From an uncultured virus (IMG/VR IMGVR_UViG_3300044701_003393) (taxonomy: Duplodnaviria; Heunggongvirae; Uroviricota; Caudoviricetes): a DNA stretch of 64,000 nt. The translations under genes were made by a program, and so were the position numbers. The notes under the pieces were generated by a model. That model was not told the origin of the DNA. It made no database searches and saw only the letters and a program-made list of their open reading frames with translations. Positions 57,679 through 64,000 of this stretch are shown in pieces. Position 1 is the first letter of the stretch. Each line of letters opens with the position of its first letter. Location of the stretch: IMG/VR virus record IMGVR_UViG_3300044701_003393, one strand, 5' to 3'.

Positions 57679-57932
57679 TCCTTAATCAAATCCTCATATT
57701 TTTCAAGAAGTGTTGGAGTTGGATCAGAGAGTGTGAGAATCTTGTCCGAACTCATCATAAATGTATCTTGTTTAGTATAACCCATTAGGAAAGGTTCTAA
57801 TGTTTTATCTTTAGTGACTGTGAATGGTTTAACTAACTTACAGTCAGGTTCTCCAATATCAGCACTTACCTCTTCAATCTGGGTTATTAGAATTTGATTG
57901 TTCGTTAATAACAATACTTTGATTAGTTTCAT
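57675..57932 (-). CDS. Hypothetical protein
   Basis: ORF track; ATGA-coupled to gp43. Confidence 0.75.
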   Translation of the reverse strand: MKLIKVLLLTNNQILITQIEEVSADIGEPDCKLVKPFTVTKDKTLEPFLMGYTKQDTFMMSSDKILTLSDPTPTLLEKYEDLIKE

Positions 57933-58263
57933 CTTCTTTAATACCTAATACTTGAGTTTCATACATTTGTTTAAGACTTTCAACAGGATCTAAAACTGTA
58001 ACAATAGAATTTGGAGAAAGTTCAATTGTAGTTAGTTGTTCTTTTGCCAATGATAACATAGAAGGCCAACGACGAAGTGAGATGCTTACTTTATTTTCAT
58101 TATCCCCATCATCCTCTTGATCTAAAATTTTGTAAGTTCCATTAACAAATACATTGCAGGGATTCTCTAAAACATAACAGACTAATTTATCCTGAAAATA
58201 ACCCTCCTTTATTTCAGAAACAATGTTTTCTCCAGATTGCAACAAAATAAGTTTAACAGACAT
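57874..58263 (-). CDS. Hypothetical protein
   Basis: MSVKLILLQSGENIVS N-terminus. Confidence 0.7.
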   Translation of the reverse strand: MSVKLILLQSGENIVSEIKEGYFQDKLVCYVLENPCNVFVNGTYKILDQEDDGDNENKVSISLRRWPSMLSLAKEQLTTIELSPNSIVTVLDPVESLKQMYETQVLGIKEDETNQSIVINEQSNSNNPD

Positions 58264-58361
58264 TTTTTTCTTGTACCTCCAAATATTCTAGCAACAAAAA
58301 AAGGAGGAGTCAACCTGGATTGTGCCAGGTGCTCCTCTGCGCCGACGATATTCAATTCTAT

Positions 58362-58541
58362 TTATTCTCCACCATCTCCCCCACTTCCATCTCCACCATC
58401 TCCATTACCACCAGCACTTGAGCGACTTCTTACAGGAACTGCTTTTCTTTTTGGAATTTTTTTTGATTTTCCTCCAGAATAAACAGTGTGAGGAATTGCA
58501 TTTTTATATGCAATTTCTTTGAACTCTTCGAAAGATTTCAT
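58362..58541 (-). CDS. Small protein with Gly-rich tail, 59 aa
   Basis: Manual translation MKSFEEFKEIAY...GGDGGE; CTAAATA upstream. Confidence 0.6.
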   Translation of the reverse strand: MKSFEEFKEIAYKNAIPHTVYSGGKSKKIPKRKAVPVRSRSSAGGNGDGGDGSGGDGGE

Positions 58542-58553
58542 TTTTATTTTTAT

Positions 58554-58988
58554 TTAGAGATAATCTTTACGAGTATGATGTTCTGGAACAATCTTACCAA
58601 GAACAATAGTTAACAATCCATCCTCGAAAGTGACATCCTTGATTGTTGTGTCATCGGATAATGTCCATGCTCTCTTAAAACTTCTTTGAGCCAATCCCTT
58701 ATGGACGTAGCGGGTATCAGTTTCTCGGTCTTCCTTTTGTCCTTCAACAAAAAGTTTTCCATACTCTGTGTATACATAAACCTCCTCCTTCTTAAATCCG
58801 GCAAGTGCAAGTTCTAAGCGAGATTCTACATTGCTTACTTGAACAAGATTGTATGGCGGATAATTAGAGGTAGTTTCATGAAGATTGAATAGGCGATCAA
58901 AATATTCGTCCATTCCAATACTGTTGCGAGTAATCTTATCCAACAAAGTAGAAAGATCCGCAGTAGTATATCGTGAAAGGTTAGTCAT
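58554..58988 (-). CDS. hsp20: Small heat-shock protein Hsp20
   Basis: NYPPYN, ELALAGF, HKGLAQRSF, DGLL; AGGAG RBS. Confidence 0.95.
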   Translation of the reverse strand: MTNLSRYTTADLSTLLDKITRNSIGMDEYFDRLFNLHETTSNYPPYNLVQVSNVESRLELALAGFKKEEVYVYTEYGKLFVEGQKEDRETDTRYVHKGLAQRSFKRAWTLSDDTTIKDVTFEDGLLTIVLGKIVPEHHTRKDYL

Positions 58989-59149
58989 TATGGTAGCTCC
59001 TTTTTAAAGCGAGTTTGTGTTTTGTGGACCCTCTCGGCATCCATAATATAATTATACAAGATAAGAAAAAAAGAGGTACGGAAAAAACCGAACCTCTTTT
59101 TAGGGTGTTCCGAACTTTTGTAGAGACCGCACGAAAGTCTCAAATATAT

Positions 59150-59587
59150 TTATTCGGTTTCTACACCCTTTCCCTTTTTACCAATATTATATTTTTGTTC
59201 CAGAATCCAATCGCCTTTATCTTTATAAGAAAGAACTTTGATCTGATTCAATGGTGCAATATCAGATACAGAATCTTCCTTTACAACTGTAATCAGTCCC
59301 CAGTCAGAAAGAAGACGTGCGATACGGTTGCGACGCTGAACGTCATTTACTGTAAGGTTTGCGTGTTTACCGTCGAGAGCAAATAGTTCCTTAAAATGAA
59401 CGATGTAGTATCTTCCCTGCTTATGCAGAATATGGCAAGATTGGTAGAGTTTTTTCTCTTTACGTGATGCGACTCCGATTCGGGTCAAAGTTTCACGAAC
59501 TTTCAGAAAGTCATCAGGTTCATTAAGAATTACCTCTACCATTTGGTCTTGAGACCAATTAACAGTAGGTTCTACCGTAGTAGTCAT
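59150..59587 (-). CDS. regA: Translational repressor RegA
   Basis: FLKVRETLTRIG, QSCHILHKQG, HFKELFALDG. Confidence 0.97.
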   Translation of the reverse strand: MTTTVEPTVNWSQDQMVEVILNEPDDFLKVRETLTRIGVASRKEKKLYQSCHILHKQGRYYIVHFKELFALDGKHANLTVNDVQRRNRIARLLSDWGLITVVKEDSVSDIAPLNQIKVLSYKDKGDWILEQKYNIGKKGKGVETE

Positions 59588-59952
59588 TTTGTTCCTCCAA
59601 TATCAAGTCGTTTTTTAATGAAAGTAAGTTGTTCTTTTGTCAGGATTTTCAGTGCTTGAGATGCTTTTTCATTACTATAACCATAGTATTGTTTTACACA
59701 TTCTAAGTCCGTGATCTTATCCTTGCGGAGCCAGGGAGAAAATCTCTTCCGTTTCCTTAGACTATTTAGATAAAACGAATATTGCATACCTTTGTCAAGA
59801 TGATGATTCATATTCATTTCATTAGCAAAAAGAACAGAATCAATATGACCCGCTAAGCATTTATTGATAATAAATGGAGGATATTCTTTGATATTTTCCG
59901 ACAGATCTTCTTTTGTAAAATTAATTGAGTTCAACCAATCCTTCAATTCCAT
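59584..59952 (-). CDS. gp62: Clamp loader small subunit (gp62)
   Basis: MELKDWLNSIN, YPPFIIN, ANEMN, YYGYS. Confidence 0.9.
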   Translation of the reverse strand: MELKDWLNSINFTKEDLSENIKEYPPFIINKCLAGHIDSVLFANEMNMNHHLDKGMQYSFYLNSLRKRKRFSPWLRKDKITDLECVKQYYGYSNEKASQALKILTKEQLTFIKKRLDIGGTK

Positions 59953-60775
59953 AATTAAAAAGTAGCAGTTCCTTTCTTTGTTTTTGCTCTCGCATATATT
60001 CACCAACAGAACGCATCGTATAAGTCAGGTCAAACTCAGCAGCATTCCATTTTTCACCTAAGAAGCGATCTTTAACAAGTTGATTCGTATTATAACTTAC
60101 CAACATATCCATATTGTTGGAATTGCAATCAGCAGCAAACTTATCGTGATCAAATCCTTTATGCATTGATCCCTTATTCCCATAGAGATTATCCTTAATA
60201 TCATAAGGAGGATCGAGATACATAAAAGCATCCTTGTTTCCATCCATCAGATAATCATAGGAGTAATTAGTTATACGCCAATGTTCTATAAGTTTAGAGT
60301 ACTCGGGGAGTTTTTCAATTCCACGAACAGAAAAATTAGAGTTACTTGCTTGTGCCGAAAAAGAAGAACTTTCAGTAAGACCACTAAAAGAACACTTATT
60401 TACAATATAAAATCTCACAGCACGTTCGAAATCACCAGTGTTTGGATCATTTAAGATCTGCTTTGAGATATCAAAAAGACCCCTAGCAGATTCTGGGTTG
60501 GGGCAAACACTTTTGAAGTGAAGTAGATGTTCTTTCAGTTCTTCCCCAAACATCTGGAGTTGTTGCCAGAAGATTACAAGAGGAGGATAAAGATCATTGA
60601 CCCAAATCTTTAGATCTGGATATTTTTTTGTAATATGAATTGCAACAGATCCTCCACCAAGAAATGGTTCACGGAACTCATCATAGTTACGAAGATCTGG
60701 AAAGTAAGGATCCATCTTTACACAAGCACGGGACTTACCGCCGGGATACCTTAGGGGTGTCTTAAGAGATTTCAT
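59921..60775 (-). CDS. dam: DNA adenine methyltransferase (Dam/D12 class)
   Basis: LRYPGGKS, EPFLGGGS, YLDPPY. Confidence 0.92.
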   Translation of the reverse strand: MKSLKTPLRYPGGKSRACVKMDPYFPDLRNYDEFREPFLGGGSVAIHITKKYPDLKIWVNDLYPPLVIFWQQLQMFGEELKEHLLHFKSVCPNPESARGLFDISKQILNDPNTGDFERAVRFYIVNKCSFSGLTESSSFSAQASNSNFSVRGIEKLPEYSKLIEHWRITNYSYDYLMDGNKDAFMYLDPPYDIKDNLYGNKGSMHKGFDHDKFAADCNSNNMDMLVSYNTNQLVKDRFLGEKWNAAEFDLTYTMRSVGEYMREQKQRKELLLFNYGIEGLVELN

Positions 60776-61716
60776 TTGAATTCACACTCACACATAATTT
60801 CAGTTAGTGCCGCTAGGAGGTTAATTTCCTGATCAGCCACGAACGCACATTGGTATTGATACTTAGCAATAACAAGAACGGCAGCAGGGATAGATTGGGG
60901 TGAAAGGCAATCATAAGAGGCGTCATAAATCCTGCGAAGTAGATGAGAAGCATCGTTATCCAAGTTAGAGACCACCCACTTACGGACTTCTGGGAAGTTC
61001 TTCTCCTTGAGGTTCTTGACGAGTTCATTTACAGAGATGTCTGAGAAAGATGCAAGAATGCCCGAGTCGATTTTTCCTCCCGTAGCGTACCTCTGACACT
61101 CGTTAAGGACCCTACGAAAGTCTGGGAAGTGCTTTGATACAAGTTCAGCAAGGACTTTTTGATCGTACTCAATCTTTTCCTGATCCAGGATCGTTTGGAG
61201 ACGTTGGAAGAAACTTCCTGCAAGTTGAACCCGTTGCTTCCCTTTGATGGTGAAGTCAATGACGGCACATCGGGAATGAAGAGGTTCAATGATCTTGTTC
61301 TTGTAATTGCAAGTGAAGATGAATCGGCAGTTGCTATAAAATGCCTCAATATTTGCCCGTAGTAGGAGTTGTACATCTGAGGTTGTGTTGTCACTCTCAT
61401 CCACAATGATGACTTTGTGCCTACCATTTCCTTGAAGAGATACGGTCGAAGCAAAGTTCTTTGCTTGGTTCCTGACAGTATCCAAGAAACGCCCTTCGTC
61501 GGATCCGTTGATGACATAGTAATCTGCTCCTAATTGTTCGCATAGTGCCTTGGCAATAGTTGTTTTCCCAATGCCCGGAGGACCAGACAATAGTAGATTG
61601 GGAATTTCACCTTTATTAATAAAGTCCAAAAAAGTTTTTTTAGTATCCTCTGGAAGAATACAATCCTCTACTTTTTTTGGTCTCCACTTTTCCACCCACA
61701 AAAAATTGTCACTCAT
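60772..61716 (-). CDS. gp44: Clamp loader large subunit (gp44)
   Basis: LWVEKWRP, GPPGIGKT, IVDESD, LHSRC. Confidence 0.95.
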   Translation of the reverse strand: MSDNFLWVEKWRPKKVEDCILPEDTKKTFLDFINKGEIPNLLLSGPPGIGKTTIAKALCEQLGADYYVINGSDEGRFLDTVRNQAKNFASTVSLQGNGRHKVIIVDESDNTTSDVQLLLRANIEAFYSNCRFIFTCNYKNKIIEPLHSRCAVIDFTIKGKQRVQLAGSFFQRLQTILDQEKIEYDQKVLAELVSKHFPDFRRVLNECQRYATGGKIDSGILASFSDISVNELVKNLKEKNFPEVRKWVVSNLDNDASHLLRRIYDASYDCLSPQSIPAAVLVIAKYQYQCAFVADQEINLLAALTEIMCECEFK

Positions 61717-62165
61717 CAATAAACTCCATTTAATACATTCCAAATACTTTTTTGACTTTTTCCCATAATATCAGCAACTTGTCTTTGGGACAATCCCTGA
61801 CTGGAAAGATTCATAATTTCTCCTTTCACGTCAGGTTCCATTTGAACTACTGCTTTTCTTGGATTTGATTTTCCAATTTGAGACCTTCTTGTGTTTTCTG
61901 AACGAGGCAACCATCTCAAGTTTTCAACTTTGTTGTTGGTTTTATTTTCATCAATATGGTCTATACACCAATCTATACCTTTTGGTCTTGGTTCCCCCCA
62001 ACATTCTACCACAAGTTGATGAAGTCGTTTTTCACGAACTACAACATAACCATCTCTTTTATCAACTCTTCCAATAGGTTTTACATTTAGAATTTTACCA
62101 CAAGCACTTACATAAATGTCTGGATAAGTTTTTGATTGTTTGTAGGTAATTCCGTTGAGTTCCAT
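61716..62165 (-). mobile_element. HNH homing endonuclease with C-terminal HTH
   Basis: LHQLV..IDHIDENKTNNKVENLRW; TATAAATA at 62187-62194. Confidence 0.85.
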
Positions 62166-62225
62166 TAGAAGAGTAATAACTATTATTATTTATAACCAAA
62201 CGACATTTGATGTAGTTTGGAATAA

Positions 62226-62489
62226 TCACTCATCCACCAGTTTCTCCAATTTTAACTTATTTTGCAGAAGTTGAATGTTTGCTTCCAATTTTTCAATGTT
62301 CTTTTGAACCTCAGGATTACTTTGATTGAGTTCTTTGAGTGTAGATGCAAACTCAAGTTGAGATTTCAGTTGCCCTTGCAAAAATTTGATTTGTGCTTGT
62401 GTAAGTTCAGTCATTTTCACTCCAATACTCTTCATAATCAATAAAATCTCTGGGTTCAGTATAAGGGTCTTCACAACCAGTATAGGCAT
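62226..62489 (-). CDS. Hypothetical coiled-coil protein; start probably MTELTQ
   Basis: ORF track. Confidence 0.55.
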   Translation of the reverse strand: MPILVVKTLILNPEILLIMKSIGVKMTELTQAQIKFLQGQLKSQLEFASTLKELNQSNPEVQKNIEKLEANIQLLQNKLKLEKLVDE

Positions 62490-62673
62490 ACATTTTGTTA
62501 TTCATCTTATACCAATCGTGGTTGAGACAATACCAAAAATCCATAATATACCAATCATAAAAACCCAAACTTTCTTTATCTTTAAGTGCCCAAATTAGGG
62601 TTCTATCTGGAAGGGTCATCCAGATTTTCCATTTATCAAAGATTATTCGTGTGAGTTTCATAATCAAATCCAA
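62407..62673 (-). CDS. Hypothetical protein
   Basis: ORF track. Confidence 0.55.
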   Translation of the reverse strand: MDLIMKLTRIIFDKWKIWMTLPDRTLIWALKDKESLGFYDWYIMDFWYCLNHDWYKMNNKMYAYTGCEDPYTEPRDFIDYEEYWSEND

Positions 62674-63176
62674 TCAGGTTTTCGTTCTGGCATACGAAGA
62701 TAATTAGATGCAACCCAAGGTTTGCTGCTAATGTACATCTTGTAAGCAGTAAAAGTATCAATAGTTGTGTCCAGTTTAAATTCATCTGGCATCGCACGGG
62801 CAAATGGAGTTACTTCAGTAATCTTACCTTTGGGGAAAAGATAGTAAGCATCTACAAGTGTCTTGTAGCACGAATGAACTTTATTATAACGCAAAGTGTA
62901 CTCGTCACACAAGTTCAACCCGTGCTTAATCAACCAATAGGCATTGTGAATACTTTCTAAGGCCCATTTGGTGCAGGGATGATTGCGAAAAGCACCCTTT
63001 TCAGTTTTGTAAGGTGTCTCATCAGATTTATAAAGATAACCATACCCATGACCCCACTTTTCAGATGCTACAATAGACAGCATTTGACAGCACTCTAGTG
63101 GCATCTTGACAACGTGCTTATCGGGAAGGCAGATAGCACTTTCAGCAGGCCAAGGGGAAGTTACAAAGATGTTCAT
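62664..63176 (-). CDS. Pyrimidine-dimer DNA glycosylase (DenV-like) family protein
   Basis: MNIF...DKHVVKMPLECCQML, NHPCTKW. Confidence 0.8.
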   Translation of the reverse strand: MNIFVTSPWPAESAICLPDKHVVKMPLECCQMLSIVASEKWGHGYGYLYKSDETPYKTEKGAFRNHPCTKWALESIHNAYWLIKHGLNLCDEYTLRYNKVHSCYKTLVDAYYLFPKGKITEVTPFARAMPDEFKLDTTIDTFTAYKMYISSKPWVASNYLRMPERKPDWI

Positions 63177-63838
63177 CCGAAAGTAGAATCAGGTTCCAGA
63201 GCAATATAATAGCACAGGTCGTGGTTCTTGGATTGAAACCGTGACAAAAGTTTTTGTGACACAACCACCTCATAGGTCCCAGGAAGAATCTTGATGTTCT
63301 CTACTTTGAAGTTGAATGTAAAGACGCTATCAGTCTCACCAACAACGATAGAGAAATCGTTGGAAGTGTCGTTCTTCTTGTCACGAACAACCAGTTTTAC
63401 AACACCTGCTTCACCAACAGCAGAAATATCAGGAAGTTGATAAACCGCTGCTGCTTTCAGAAGTTTATCCATTTGCTCCGTAGAGAGTTCAAAACAAACA
63501 TCTTCACTAGGAAGATTGATTTCTTTGTCTGGAGGAGTAACGATTACACTAGGGTCGGCAAAGAAATACTTAGACCGCATTTTACCTTCACGAATGACGA
63601 CATAACCATCATTTCCAAAGTCCAGTTCAGGTGCTTTGTGAAGACCAAGACCATTCAGAAACTGGTTAAGGTCATAGATACCAAAGTCACGAGGGAACTC
63701 TTCAGTAATTGTTGCTTCCGCAAGAATGTTCTTCATCACACTGATTGTGCGAAGTTTGTTTCCTTCCTTAAAGAGAATAGATTGATTGATACCAGAGAAG
63801 TTTTTCAGGACCGAAAGAGTTTTATCAGAAAGTTTCAT
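63173..63838 (-). CDS. gp45: Sliding clamp (gp45)
   Basis: MKLSDKTLSVLKNFSGINQS, FGIYDLNQFL, YYIALE. Confidence 0.96.
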   Translation of the reverse strand: MKLSDKTLSVLKNFSGINQSILFKEGNKLRTISVMKNILAEATITEEFPRDFGIYDLNQFLNGLGLHKAPELDFGNDGYVVIREGKMRSKYFFADPSVIVTPPDKEINLPSEDVCFELSTEQMDKLLKAAAVYQLPDISAVGEAGVVKLVVRDKKNDTSNDFSIVVGETDSVFTFNFKVENIKILPGTYEVVVSQKLLSRFQSKNHDLCYYIALEPDSTFG

Positions 63839-63843
63839 AATAA

Positions 63844-64000
63844 TCAGCGAAATTCAGAGAGACCATTATCTTGACGAGAGTAGTGACCGTCAAAGTGAAG
63901 AAGGAGCATAGCATAGTGAATGACTTTCAGCAAATCACGCTTATTGCGTCCATCCTTATCACCATAACGAGAACCATATTTTAAAATATTTGCCTGACAG
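63844..64000 (-). CDS. DUF3310-like protein, 3' end only
   Basis: Manual translation ...NILKYGSRYGDKDG...DLLKVIHYA. Confidence 0.7.
   Translation of the reverse strand, partial: CQANILKYGSRYGDKDGRNKRDLLKVIHYAMLLLHFDGHYSRQDNGLSEFR

Overview
A 64-kb segment of a T4-like cyanophage (cyanomyovirus) genome, mostly encoded on the minus strand. The identification rests on psbA, psbD, two hli genes, talC, T4-type replication genes and T4 late promoters; the host and habitat cannot be read from the sequence. Left to right: (1) the 5' part of talC; (2) a plus-strand five-gene cassette at about 984-3976 with a late-type promoter, a ~220-nt structured leader, an 11-residue-repeat helical protein, a Cys-rich collagen-like protein, a papain-family protease and two Tyr-rich proteins; (3) psbD and psbA, each followed by a free-standing homing endonuclease; (4) a C39-peptidase gene whose downstream lysozyme lacks a usable start and appears joined by a -1 frameshift; (5) peroxiredoxin, hli genes and a porin; (6) a 17-kb glycan island with a probable GDP-colitose/fucose pathway, fucosyltransferase-type enzymes and nadE; (7) a manA/wcaG-like RNA apparently split by two ORFs; (8) a tRNA region holding nine tRNAs and several unexplained structured RNAs; (9) nrdB, nrdA, primase, tRNA-Ala, mazG, gp41, uvsX, a gp43 split in two by a GIY-YIG gene, hsp20, regA, gp62, dam, gp44 and gp45. 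All calls come from motif recognition and manual base-pairing; no searches were run. Best novelty candidates: the leader-RNA/coat-like cassette, the frameshifted peptidase-lysozyme, the intein-less split polymerase, and the non-tRNA RNAs in the tRNA array.
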